A stretch of 64,000 nt of DNA from Clostridia bacterium. GTDB taxonomy: Bacteria; Bacillota; Clostridia; UBA1381; UMGS1253. A program made the translations under genes and the position numbers. The stretch's first letter is position 1. Each line of letters begins with the position of its first letter. The stretch covers positions 3,092-67,091 of the forward strand of contig JAZSQB010000016.1 of NCBI GenBank assembly GCA_045537695.1, given 5' to 3'. This document shows positions 1-8,560 of this stretch, piece by piece. Below the pieces are notes generated by a model. It saw nothing but the letters and a program-made list of their open reading frames with translations, was not told where the DNA came from and ran no database searches.

Positions 1-81
1 GTACGCCACCAAAAAGAGCGGCACGACAATAAAAAGCACGGCCCACACAAGGTACGGATAGGCAGTAAGCGTCTTTTTCAT
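1..81 (-). CDS. ABC transporter permease, PotB-like; only the N-terminal 27 codons are present and the gene runs off the left edge
   Basis: ATG at 79-81 (complement), 2 nt after the potA stop. It reads MKKTLTAYPYLVWAVLFIVVPLFLVAY, a hydrophobic TM start in the position of the permease gene that normally follows potA. Confidence 0.5.
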   Translation of the reverse strand, partial: MKKTLTAYPYLVWAVLFIVVPLFLVAY

Positions 82-83
82 GC

Positions 84-1121
84 TTATCCCTCCTTGTGCA
101 TAATATGGATATCAAAAGGCACAACCTTTAAGCCAACCGTCTCGCCCACGTTGGAGGCAAGCGTCGACTGTACAAGGAAATCAAAGCCGTTGGCTTCAAT
201 CACCATTTCATAGTGTACGCCCTTGAAAATGCAGGATTTTACAACGCCGGAAAGCTGCCCTTCACCGGCAGACACGACCTTTAAGTCCTCCGGACGGATG
301 ACAACATCCACCGGCTCATCCTTGGCAAAACCGGTGTCCACGCACTCGAATTTCACGCCGCAGAAGCTGACAAGCTTATCTTCGTGCATCACACCGTCAA
401 TAATATTCGATTCCCCGATAAAATCGGCAACAAAAGCACACTCCGGCTCATTATAAATATCCTGCGGTGTACCGTTTTGCAGGATATTGCCATCCTTCAT
501 AACGATAATCGTATCCGACATCGTCAGCGCTTCTTCCTGGTCATGCGTTACATACACAAACGTGATGCCCAGAGATTTTTGTATATTCTTAAGCTCAATC
601 TGCATTTCCTTGCGCAGCTTTAAATCCAATGCGCCGAGCGGCTCATCTAATAAAAGCACCTTCGGCTCGTTAACGAGGGCGCGCGCAATCGCAACACGTT
701 GCTGCTGACCGCCGGAAAGCGAGTTGATGTCGCGCTTTTCATAGCCGGAAAGGTTAATCATTTTGAGCATACGGGTCACCTTTTCCGTGATTTCGCTCTC
801 CTTCATTTTCTTTAAATGCAGACCGAAGGCAATGTTATCAAAAACATTCATATGCGGAAAAAGAGCGTACTTTTGAAACACGGTATTGAGACTGCGCTTA
901 TAGGGCGGCAAATCCGTAATATCCGTGTCATTATAATACACTCTTCCTGATGAAGGCGTCTCAAAACCGCCGATGATGCGCAGCGTCGTTGTTTTGCCGC
1001 AACCGGACGGACCAAGCAGCGTCACAAAAGAGCTGCCGTCGATTGAGAGGCTCAGATTATTCAATACTTCGGTATTTCCGAAATTTTTAGATACGTTTTC
1101 GAGACGTATAATCTTAGACAT
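84..1121 (-). CDS. potA: Spermidine/putrescine ABC transporter ATP-binding protein
   Basis: Walker [10 protein letters not shown], signature [15 protein letters not shown] and Walker [12 protein letters not shown] are present. The C-terminal TOBE-like regulatory domain and the 345-aa length are typical of PotA. Confidence 0.85.
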   Translation of the reverse strand: MSKIIRLENVSKNFGNTEVLNNLSLSIDGSSFVTLLGPSGCGKTTTLRIIGGFETPSSGRVYYNDTDITDLPPYKRSLNTVFQKYALFPHMNVFDNIAFGLHLKKMKESEITEKVTRMLKMINLSGYEKRDINSLSGGQQQRVAIARALVNEPKVLLLDEPLGALDLKLRKEMQIELKNIQKSLGITFVYVTHDQEEALTMSDTIIVMKDGNILQNGTPQDIYNEPECAFVADFIGESNIIDGVMHEDKLVSFCGVKFECVDTGFAKDEPVDVVIRPEDLKVVSAGEGQLSGVVKSCIFKGVHYEMVIEANGFDFLVQSTLASNVGETVGLKVVPFDIHIMHKEG

Positions 1122-1220
1122 TTATCAATCCCCTGTCTTACTGCCTGCATGGCGTTTGTGTTTAACCATTTTTTCGCAGGCTGTATATTCGCGCGTACTC
1201 CGCAGAATACGACAAATATC

Positions 1221-1248
1221 ATTATACATCTTTTTTTGAAAAAGTCAA
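1221..1248 (-). promoter_or_regulatory. Sigma-A type promoter of the pot operon
   Basis: On the minus strand, TTGACT (1243-1248), a 16-nt spacer, then TATAAT (1221-1226), about 100 nt upstream of the potA ATG. Confidence 0.5.
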
Positions 1249-1429
1249 TGGATTTTGGGAAAATAGAACAGAATAAAACCTTTCCCTTGTATACAAATTG
1301 CTGCATATATTATTTTTAGAAGCCCATGGTCTTTGGCTCCGCAAAATTCAGACCTCAACCAGAGTCGCAAGTACAGCTTGCTTTCCGCTTTAGCTATAAA
1401 TATGCCACGACCTATTTTCTTACATATAG

Positions 1430-1458
1430 AAAAAAACGGGACGTTTATAAACATCCCC
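1430..1458 (-). terminator. Rho-independent terminator downstream of ung
   Basis: The minus strand reads GGGAUGUUUAUAAACGUCCC followed by GUUUUUUU. Confidence 0.6.
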
Positions 1459-1570
1459 TACAAAACATTGTATTTATGTGCATAACACAAACTCGTTTTC
1501 ACACATCTTCTCATGGCGCAAGTCCATATCCTATAGTACCATATAAGCGCACGCAAGGACGATTGGTCTT

Positions 1571-2248
1571 TTACTGCAGATTTTCAATTTGCCAATCAAT
1601 CGGCGCAAGACCGTTTTGCGCCAAAAACGCATTGGCTTTGGAAAAATGCTTACAACCAAAAAAACCGCGGCTCGCCGAAAGCGGCGACGGATGCGGTGCT
1701 TCGAGCACCTTCTGCATTGGATTGTTGATACGTGCTGCCTTGGCACGTGCATTTGCACCCCACAAAAGATACACCACGGGCGCCACTTTTTTGTTTAAAT
1801 GTGCAATAATCGTATCCGTCAGGATTTGCCAGCCAATTTTCTGATGCGAATTTGCCTCGCCCTGCCGCACGGTCAGCGAGGTGTTTAATAAAAGTACGCC
1901 CTGCTTTGCCCATTTTTCCAAAAAGCCGTTGTCCGGTATATAACAGCCGAGGTCATTTTTCAGTTCCTTATACATATTGAGCAGTGACGGTGGAATGGCA
2001 ATGCCCTTCTGCACGGAAAAGGCAAGTCCGTGCGCCTGCCCCGGTCCATGATATGGGTCCTGTCCAAGAATCACTATCTTGGTGTCGGCATAGCTTGTCA
2101 GCTTGAGCGCATTGAAAATGGAATACATATCCGGATACACCGTGGCACGCTTGTATTCCTGCGCTAAAAATGCACGCAGATTCTGATAATATTCTTTTTC
2201 AAATTCCCCTTCTAAAACCTCGTCCCAGTCATTACCGATTTGTACCAT
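1571..2248 (-). CDS. ung: Uracil-DNA glycosylase, family 1
   Basis: Contains the GQDPYHGPGQAHGLAFSV motif, HPSPLSA near the C-terminus and a GAGGTG RBS; 225 aa. Confidence 0.9.
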   Translation of the reverse strand: MVQIGNDWDEVLEGEFEKEYYQNLRAFLAQEYKRATVYPDMYSIFNALKLTSYADTKIVILGQDPYHGPGQAHGLAFSVQKGIAIPPSLLNMYKELKNDLGCYIPDNGFLEKWAKQGVLLLNTSLTVRQGEANSHQKIGWQILTDTIIAHLNKKVAPVVYLLWGANARAKAARINNPMQKVLEAPHPSPLSASRGFFGCKHFSKANAFLAQNGLAPIDWQIENLQ

Positions 2249-2259
2249 TGTTTTTCACC

Positions 2260-3456
2260 TCAAAGCAAATTGTATACCTCTTTATTTAAGAGAATATACG
2301 CATTCTGAATCTGCGGGTCAGCAAATTTATAATAGCGCTCGTTACGCAGAGCGTTGGCAATACTCTGACTGACCTCCTCAAGCGGCACATACTCCGTAAA
2401 GCGGTCAGTCACCAGGATAATGTGATACCCAAGCTCGCTTTCCACAATGCCGCTCATCTCGTCTGGTTGGAGCGCAAACGACGCCTTTTCAAAAGCGTTT
2501 ACCATTTCGCCGAGCGTAAAGGTGTACCCCTCTGGGAATTCTTTTAGCCCCATATCCTCGGAATATTGGTGCATCAAGGTATCAAAATCCGCATCGCCGC
2601 GCTCTATGGCACACAGCACGTCCTCCGCCGTTTCCTTTTTCTCTTTTTGCACGCTTTGTGCAAGCGGATAACCACTGTCATCCGTGGTGGCAAAGAAAAT
2701 CTGCTTTGCAGTCACCTTCGGCGTGGAATACAACACAATATTTTGATAATAATAATCAATAATATCCATTTCCGTTACCGGGTCGATAATAATATCCGTC
2801 AGTTTGTCCTTTAAGTACGCCGTTTCCTGCATCCAGTAATAAAAATCGTATGTAATACCGATGGAGGCCAGCTTTTTCACAAAGCTGTCCATTCCGCCAA
2901 AATTGTTGGCATAAATTGCAATTTTTTCCTCAATCTTGTTTTTATCCACACCGTCTACACGAATGCCGGCATCAAGCGCATACTGATGTACAATCACATT
3001 GGCAATGGTTTCCTGCTTGACGAATTCTTTAAATTCCGCATAGGTCGCTTCGTCCATTTCGTCGAGTTCGAGATTGTATTTAAACCAATTCATCATCTGC
3101 TTAAACGTGCTCACGCGCACCGCCTCGCCGTTGACAAGAAACGCAACCTCCTTGCTCATCAAAAGCGACTGCTCCAAATCCTGCACGGTGACAGTCTTGG
3201 TCACATCATCGTAATCGACGTGCATCCCGAGCTTTTCCGAATATTTGCGCAACGGCACATAGGTTCTGCCGTTGTATACAAAATGGTCCATCGGCGTCGC
3301 TTCGCCGTTTAACATAAGCGTCAGCTGTCCCCAAAGTACATCAATGCTCGTCGTCAACGTATCGGCAAACGCCGGCACTGCAAAAAATAACGAAGCGCAA
3401 AGTAATCCTATGATAAATCCCCGTAGGGTTTGATTCGCAAAAAACCTTTTTTTCAT
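2260..3456 (-). CDS. Secreted PrsA/SurA-like peptidyl-prolyl isomerase (parvulin type) with an N-terminal copper-amine-oxidase-like 'stalk' domain
   Basis: The signal peptide is MKKRFFANQTLRGFIIGLLCASLFFAVPAFA. The YNGRTYVPLRKYSEKLG stalk motif and a C-terminal PpiC motif ...GIVESELGYHIILV are present. I prefer the ATG at 3454-3456 (GGAGGTG RBS) over the ORF-track start at 3471. Confidence 0.7.
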   Translation of the reverse strand: MKKRFFANQTLRGFIIGLLCASLFFAVPAFADTLTTSIDVLWGQLTLMLNGEATPMDHFVYNGRTYVPLRKYSEKLGMHVDYDDVTKTVTVQDLEQSLLMSKEVAFLVNGEAVRVSTFKQMMNWFKYNLELDEMDEATYAEFKEFVKQETIANVIVHQYALDAGIRVDGVDKNKIEEKIAIYANNFGGMDSFVKKLASIGITYDFYYWMQETAYLKDKLTDIIIDPVTEMDIIDYYYQNIVLYSTPKVTAKQIFFATTDDSGYPLAQSVQKEKKETAEDVLCAIERGDADFDTLMHQYSEDMGLKEFPEGYTFTLGEMVNAFEKASFALQPDEMSGIVESELGYHIILVTDRFTEYVPLEEVSQSIANALRNERYYKFADPQIQNAYILLNKEVYNLL

Positions 3457-3643
3457 AGTAGACACCTCCAATTATAGTATAACATACATTCTCAGCTGTG
3501 AAAAGTGGTTTATTAGGCACAAAACGGCAAACCCCTTGCGTCCGTTGACTTTACAGGTATTCTAACATTTTAATTACAGCCCTTTTTCCCGAAAGTGTAA
3601 AGCAAATCACTTGCATTTTGAAGTTTTATGTAAACCATTCGTG

Positions 3644-3760
3644 TGTGGATAACTTTTTGTTGTTTTGGAGATTTTATGTGGAAAACTATGTGCAAATGTG
3701 ATAAACTTCGCAAAATCCGTATGTAGAACATATGTTTTTTGTGTAAAACCTCGTGGATAA
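3644..3760. promoter_or_regulatory. Cluster of DnaA-box-like 9-mers in the prsA-like/mreB divergent intergenic region
   Basis: TGTGGATAA at 3644-3652 is a perfect match to the consensus. TGTGGAAAA at 3677-3685 and CGTGGATAA at 3752-3760 have one mismatch each. All three are in the same orientation. Confidence 0.35.
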
Positions 3761-3842
3761 GTGTATAGGCGCATTTTACTTTTTCCCAAATATTCATTTT
3801 TATGTAAACCAATATCGTGTAAAAATCCGGACACACTAACCC

Positions 3843-3870
3843 TTGACAAAACGCAAAATTGGTATATAAT
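3843..3870 (+). promoter_or_regulatory. Sigma-A type promoter of mreB
   Basis: TTGACA (3843-3848), a 16-nt spacer, then TATAAT (3865-3870). Confidence 0.6.
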
Positions 3871-3936
3871 AGTATATGATAGATTAGGATTATTGTCCGA
3901 AACAATAGGTTTATTATCAGTATTGGAGGATATAGA

Positions 3937-4992
3937 ATGGCAAATTTCTTTCTGTCTAAATTTAAAAATATGTTCGGTATGTCCACGGATATTGGTATTG
4001 ACTTAGGTACCGCTTCCGTTTTGGTGCACGTGAAGGACAAGGGTATTGTACTGTGCGAGCCGAGCGTAGTTGCCATTGACAAAGGCACCGGCAAGCTTTA
4101 TGCCGTTGGTACAGAAGCACAGAAAATGCTTGGTCGTACACCAGGCAACATCACCGCCGTGCGCCCAATGCGCGAAGGCGTGATTTCGGACTACTCCACA
4201 ACAGAAATGATGCTAAAATACTTCATCCGCAAGGTAACGAAAAATCGTCTCTTCAAACCGAGGGTTATGATTTGTGTACCGAGCGGCGTAACGGAAGTAG
4301 AAGAAAGGGCTGTCATTGACGCTGCAATGCAGGCAGGCGGCAGACAGGTATACTTAATCGAAGAACCGATTGCGGCAGCCATTGGTGCCGGCATCGATAT
4401 TTCCCGTGCCTGTGGCAGTATGATTGTAGATATCGGCGGCGGTACAAGTGACATTGCCGTGATTTCTCTTGGCGGTATTGTGGTAAGCACCTCTATTAAG
4501 GTGGCGGGTGACAAATTTGACGATGCAATTGTGCGCTTCATCCGTAAAAAGTTCAATGCCGTTATCGGTGACCGCACAGCTGAAGAGCTCAAAAAGGAAA
4601 TCGGTAGCGTATATCCGCAGGGCAAGGAAACCTTTATGGAAGTCCGCGGTCGTTCGCTTTTGACCGGTCTTCCACAGAGCATCAACGTATCGAGCGAAGA
4701 CATTCGCGATGCGTTGGACGAAGTGGCTGTACAAATTGTAGATGCCGTGCACTCCGTGCTTGAGCGTACACCGCCGGAACTGGTCGGCGATATTGCCGAA
4801 AACGGTATTGTGATGACCGGCGGCGGCGCAATGATTGAAGGGCTCGACAAGCTTTTGATGGAAAAAACCGGCATTCACGTATATCTCGCCGATGACCCGC
4901 TCTCCTGCGTAGCAAAAGGCACAGGCGCATCGCTCGATAACCTACACGTATTGCGTGATAAGGGGTCGTATATGTACGACTTGGATAAATAA
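3937..4992 (+). CDS. mreB: Rod shape-determining actin homologue MreB/Mbl
   Basis: DIGIDLGTASVLV phosphate-1 motif, the DIGGGTSDIAVISLGG motif, and a GGAGG RBS 7 nt before the ATG at 3937. Confidence 0.9.
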   Translation: MANFFLSKFKNMFGMSTDIGIDLGTASVLVHVKDKGIVLCEPSVVAIDKGTGKLYAVGTEAQKMLGRTPGNITAVRPMREGVISDYSTTEMMLKYFIRKVTKNRLFKPRVMICVPSGVTEVEERAVIDAAMQAGGRQVYLIEEPIAAAIGAGIDISRACGSMIVDIGGGTSDIAVISLGGIVVSTSIKVAGDKFDDAIVRFIRKKFNAVIGDRTAEELKKEIGSVYPQGKETFMEVRGRSLLTGLPQSINVSSEDIRDALDEVAVQIVDAVHSVLERTPPELVGDIAENGIVMTGGGAMIEGLDKLLMEKTGIHVYLADDPLSCVAKGTGASLDNLHVLRDKGSYMYDLDK

Positions 4993-5038
4993 AAGTGGAC
5001 TGCAAAACCTGATTTTGCTACTTCCTTTATAAGAACAC

Positions 5039-5077
5039 AAAAAGGACTGTAAAAACAAATGTTTTTCAGTCCTTTTT
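5039..5077. terminator. Bidirectional terminator between convergent mreB and yaiI
   Basis: The arms AAAAAGGACTG and CAGTCCTTTTT form the hairpin, with A/T runs on both sides. Confidence 0.65.
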
Positions 5078-5128
5078 ATCGCCTATTCTACATCGCGAAA
5101 GACAGCGTCCCCCGACGGAACGATATAT

Positions 5129-5572
5129 TTATATCTCAATTTTCCCTTTTATCAACCCTTGTAATGCATTTTCAAATGCCGAATCCTCTGACTTTGCGCG
5201 TTTTTTCGGACCGCGGACGCGCTCCCCTGCCATACGCGCTTTTTTCGCACTGTAGCGGGAATACAAAAGTGCATCTATATTTTCCGCTGTATACACCATA
5301 CCGCTCTGGTGCAAAACATGTGCACCCTTACCTAGACACATCGCCGCCAGACCATAGTCCTGCGTAATTACAATATCGCCGCGCTGCAGCTGATTGACCA
5401 TATAAAAATCCACACTGTCTGCGCCGGTAGAAACCGTTACAGTCTCTACGCCATCTAAGGAAAACTGATGCGCGCTGTCGCAGTAGACAACACATATTAT
5501 GTTGTGCGCCTTTGCAATCGCGGCAGCAAGTCGTACCACTGGACAACCATCCGCATCAATTAAAATTCGCAT
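5129..5572 (-). CDS. YaiI/YqxD family protein (UPF0178/DUF188)
   Basis: It starts MRILIDADGCPVV, the typical family N-terminus. An AGGTGA RBS precedes the ATG at 5570-5572, so the ORF-track TTG start at 5587 is probably an over-extension. Confidence 0.7.
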   Translation of the reverse strand: MRILIDADGCPVVRLAAAIAKAHNIICVVYCDSAHQFSLDGVETVTVSTGADSVDFYMVNQLQRGDIVITQDYGLAAMCLGKGAHVLHQSGMVYTAENIDALLYSRYSAKKARMAGERVRGPKKRAKSEDSAFENALQGLIKGKIEI

Positions 5573-6044
5573 AAAATCACCTTGCAATCCTATTATACCG
5601 CGCTTTCCACTCCCCGGAAGGCTTCGATTTTTTATTCGATACTCCGCAAAGCTATCAATACCGGATTTCTATTAAAAAATATAATAAAAAACAAAGAAGT
5701 TTTTAAGTCGCAGTCTGCGCAAAAGACAGACAAACCGCAGGCTCCCTGTTTACACTTGACACTTCTGCCTTTTGGGGCGCTCGTAAAAGCAAATTTCACC
5801 GATTTGCATACTACCTGATAATTTCACAGGTAGCATAGCTAAAATTGAAAATGTGCGCCTGCAGCTGCTATAAAAATTGTATCCTTTATAATACCCCTAC
5901 AAGACAAACCATTTTCAAACCTTACTTTTATAGCTTCAATCACTCTATACGACTTTAGCCCAATTTTTTGCTACTTATATTGTAAGCATAACAAAAAAAA
6001 ATTGTCAACCACTTAGCAGAAAATATAATTTTAATAATTTTATG

Positions 6045-6073
6045 TTGCTTTTAACACTATTTTGGAATATAAT
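6045..6073 (+). promoter_or_regulatory. Distal cysK promoter
   Basis: TTGCTT (6045-6050), a 17-nt spacer, then TATAAT (6068-6073). A second, proximal TGgTAAAAT extended -10 lies at 6195-6203. Confidence 0.5.
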
Positions 6074-6220
6074 ATAGCATATGGATTTTTCAGGAAAAAC
6101 TCCATAGCGCCCTTGGCGCTATCGCAGTCTTTCGACTGCATATGCCTATGGACGGCGTCGCAAAAATGCCCTTGCAAGCAAGCATTTTTGTTCCTGGTAA
6201 AATATAGCGTATGGATTTTT
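6071..6220 (+). repeat. 130-bp unit in the cysK leader bounded by 20-bp direct repeats and carrying three hairpins
   Basis: AATATAGCATATGGATTTTT (6071-6090) and AATATAGCGTATGGATTTTT (6201-6220) match at 19 of 20 positions. The interior holds AGCGCCcttgGGCGCT, GCAGTCtttcGACTGC (6124-6139) and AAAAATGCccttgcaagcaaGCATTTTT (6162-6189). That 28-mer recurs at 63914-63941. Confidence 0.7.
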
Positions 6221-6240
6221 AAGAAGTAAGGACTGATATT

Positions 6241-7167
6241 ATGGTTTATAATAATATTTTAGAAGCCATCGGCAACACGCCGATGATTAAACTGCAACAT
6301 ATGGCAGACCCGGACGGCGCAGATATTTATGTGAAGTTCGAGGGTCTCAATGTCGGCGGCTCAATCAAAACCCGCACCGCTTACAATATGATTTGTGAAG
6401 CGGAGAAGCAGGGCATCATACATAAAGATACTATCATTGTAGAACCGACCAGCGGCAATCAGGGCATTGGTCTTGCCCTTGTAGGTGCTGTGCGCGGTTA
6501 TAAAACAAAAATCATTATGCCCGACTCTGTCAGCGAAGAGCGCAGAAAGCTTGTAAACCACTATGGTGCAGAAGTTATTTTAGTGCACGATGCCGGCAAT
6601 ATCGGTGCCTGTATCGAAGAATGTGTAAGCTTGGCGCTGAAGATGAAGGCAGAAGACAAAAACGTATTTGTGCCACAGCAGTTTGAAAATCCCGCAAACC
6701 CGGCAATTCAAAGAAGCCAGACCGCCAAGGAAATTTTAGACGCGGTTGACGGTCCGATTCATGGGTTCTGCTCCGGCATCGGCACGGGCGGTACCATCAC
6801 CGGCATCGGTGAGGCACTCAAAGAAAAGAATCCGGACATTACCATCTGGGCAGTAGAGCCGGAGGATGCGGCCATTTTGTCCGGCGGCTCCATCGGTACG
6901 CATCTGCAAATGGGTATCGGCGACGGTCTGATTCCGGAAATCTTGAATTGCGAAATTTACAATGACATTTGCATCATCAAGGATGAAGAAGCCATCTCTA
7001 CATCCAAAGCGCTCGCCTCCAAGGAAGGCATTTTGTGCGGCATCAGCAGCGGTACAAATGTTGCGGCGGCAATCAAGCTTGCCAAAAAACTCGGCAAGGG
7101 CAAAACCGTCGTTACCGTTTTACCGGATACGGCAGAACGTTATTTCTCCACACCGTTATTCGGATAA
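6241..7167 (+). CDS. cysK: Cysteine synthase A (O-acetylserine sulfhydrylase)
   Basis: 308 aa, with GGSIKTRTA around the PLP lysine, the GTGGTITG loop and PTSGNQGIGLA. Confidence 0.9.
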   Translation: MVYNNILEAIGNTPMIKLQHMADPDGADIYVKFEGLNVGGSIKTRTAYNMICEAEKQGIIHKDTIIVEPTSGNQGIGLALVGAVRGYKTKIIMPDSVSEERRKLVNHYGAEVILVHDAGNIGACIEECVSLALKMKAEDKNVFVPQQFENPANPAIQRSQTAKEILDAVDGPIHGFCSGIGTGGTITGIGEALKEKNPDITIWAVEPEDAAILSGGSIGTHLQMGIGDGLIPEILNCEIYNDICIIKDEEAISTSKALASKEGILCGISSGTNVAAAIKLAKKLGKGKTVVTVLPDTAERYFSTPLFG

Positions 7168-7171
7168 TTTT

Positions 7172-7210
7172 AAGCTTTCGCGGGAACGCTATACCTGCGA
7201 AAGCTTTTTA
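7172..7210 (+). terminator. cysK terminator
   Basis: The arms AAGCTTTCGC and GCGAAAGCTT form the hairpin, followed by TTTTT. Confidence 0.7.
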
Positions 7211-7265
7211 GCGTCTTATACAAAAATATTTTTTTGCGGAATTTAAATTTTTTGCATTTGCACTA

Positions 7266-7294
7266 TTGAATATTTTGCCAAAAAGTGCTAAAAT
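7266..7294 (+). promoter_or_regulatory. Promoter of the CofE-like/guaA-B pair
   Basis: TTGAAT (7266-7271), a 17-nt spacer, then TGcTAAAAT (7286-7294). It is followed by ATAGCATGGATTT, which resembles the cysK direct repeat. Confidence 0.55.
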
Positions 7295-7342
7295 ATAGCA
7301 TGGATTTATTTTTTAATTTATTATAGAAAGAAGCGCTGACCT

Positions 7343-8542
7343 ATGAATAAAAATGAAAGAAGAGTCGGCACGGTATCGAGAGGTATTCGCTGCCCTATCA
7401 TCCGCGAGGGAGATGACCTGGCTAAAATCGTTGCAGACAGCGTATTGGAAGCTGCGCAGTACGAAGGATTTGAACTGCGTGACCGCGATGTAATTTCCGT
7501 AACAGAATCCATCGTTGCGCGTGCACAAGGTAACTATGCATCGGTAAACAACATCGCTGAAGACGTCCGCACCAAGCTCGGTGGCGGCACTGTGGGTGTT
7601 ATCTTCCCGATTCTTTCCCGTAACCGTTTTGCAATTTGCCTTCGTGGTATTGCAAAGGGCGCAAAGAAAATTGTTTTGATGCTCAGCTATCCGTCCGATG
7701 AGGTTGGTAACGCACTCATCAGTATGGATAAAATCGACGAGTCCGGCGTAAATCCGTTCTCCGATGTGCTTTCCGAAGCAAAATACCGCGAGCTGTTCGG
7801 CGAAAATGTGCATGAATTCACCGGTGTTGACTATGTGAAATACTACGGTGACCTCATCCGCGAATGCGGCGCAGAAGCAGAAATCATTTTTGCAAATCAG
7901 CCGAAGGCAATTTTAGATTACACAGACCACGTCATCAACTGTGATATCCACACACGCGCACGCACAAAGCGTATTCTGCTCGCCGCAGGCGCAAAAGTGG
8001 TTTGCAGCCTGGATGATATCATGAACGCACCGATTAACGACAGCGGCTGTAACGAAAAGTACGGTCTGCTCGGTTCGAATAAATCGACCGAAGATACCGT
8101 CAAGCTGTTCCCGCGCGAGTGTAAGCCGCTTGTACTGGATATTCAGAAGCGCATCATGGATGCAACCGGCAAGCACGTGGAAGTTATGGTTTACGGCGAC
8201 GGTGCATTCAAAGACCCGCAGGGCAAAATCTGGGAGCTGGCTGACCCTGTAGTTTCGCCGGCATTTACCGACGGTTTGATCGGCACACCGAACGAATTGA
8301 AGCTGAAGTATCTTGCAGACAATGACTTTAAAGACCTTTCCGGCGAAGCACTCAAAAATGCCATTTCCGAAAGTATCCGTAAAAAGGGCGACAATCTGGT
8401 AGGCAACATGGCGTCCCAGGGTACAACCCCGCGTCAGTTGACCGACTTAATCGGTTCTCTCTGTGACCTGACCAGCGGCTCCGGCGATAAGGGTACTCCG
8501 GTCGTTTTAGTACAGGGTTATTTTGACAACTATACAATGTAA
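7343..8542 (+). CDS. CofE-like protein (F420-0:gamma-glutamyl ligase family fold); physiological function unknown
   Basis: 399 aa. ISVTESIVARAQGNY near the N-terminus and SGSGDKGTPVVLVQG near the C-terminus resemble CofE-family motifs. The assignment is from memory of the family, not from a search. Confidence 0.5.
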   Translation: MNKNERRVGTVSRGIRCPIIREGDDLAKIVADSVLEAAQYEGFELRDRDVISVTESIVARAQGNYASVNNIAEDVRTKLGGGTVGVIFPILSRNRFAICLRGIAKGAKKIVLMLSYPSDEVGNALISMDKIDESGVNPFSDVLSEAKYRELFGENVHEFTGVDYVKYYGDLIRECGAEAEIIFANQPKAILDYTDHVINCDIHTRARTKRILLAAGAKVVCSLDDIMNAPINDSGCNEKYGLLGSNKSTEDTVKLFPRECKPLVLDIQKRIMDATGKHVEVMVYGDGAFKDPQGKIWELADPVVSPAFTDGLIGTPNELKLKYLADNDFKDLSGEALKNAISESIRKKGDNLVGNMASQGTTPRQLTDLIGSLCDLTSGSGDKGTPVVLVQGYFDNYTM

Positions 8543-8560
8543 TCTGAGGGGGATAAACAA

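Noticed and set aside
1122-1220. The ~100-nt potA leader, examined as a possible riboswitch
   Set aside because: It has only weak, non-nested complementarity, no terminator and no match to any motif I recognise. It is reported only as a promoter plus leader.
3570-4094. 174-aa minus-strand ORF in the prsA-like/mreB intergenic region
   Set aside because: It lies in AT-rich promoter DNA, overlaps the mreB start and promoter, and has a low-complexity Ile/Leu/Lys/Phe-rich composition, with no RBS or recognisable domain.
4191-4878. Long ORFs antisense to mreB (227 aa and 174 aa). Similar shadow ORFs lie opposite iorA (30761-31465), pyrE/pyrB (38807-39514), the lyase (46319-46972), the SSF symporter (34903-35547) and the SLH/capD genes (17092-17715, 15948-16466).
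   Set aside because: Each lies entirely inside a confidently identified gene on the other strand. They have Arg/Cys/His-rich or otherwise skewed composition typical of antisense frames, and they lack RBSs.
5588-6044. About 450 bp of unannotated DNA upstream of yaiI/cysK, examined for a hidden gene or sRNA (including the 78-aa ORF at 5582-5818 and the hairpin CTACCTG...CAGGTAG at about 5813-5835)
   Set aside because: The ORF has no RBS and an implausible composition. The hairpins are isolated and lack terminator tails or promoters. A loose resemblance of GTCGCAGTCTGCGCAAAAGAC (about 5708) to the cysK/hflX element was too weak to call a third copy.
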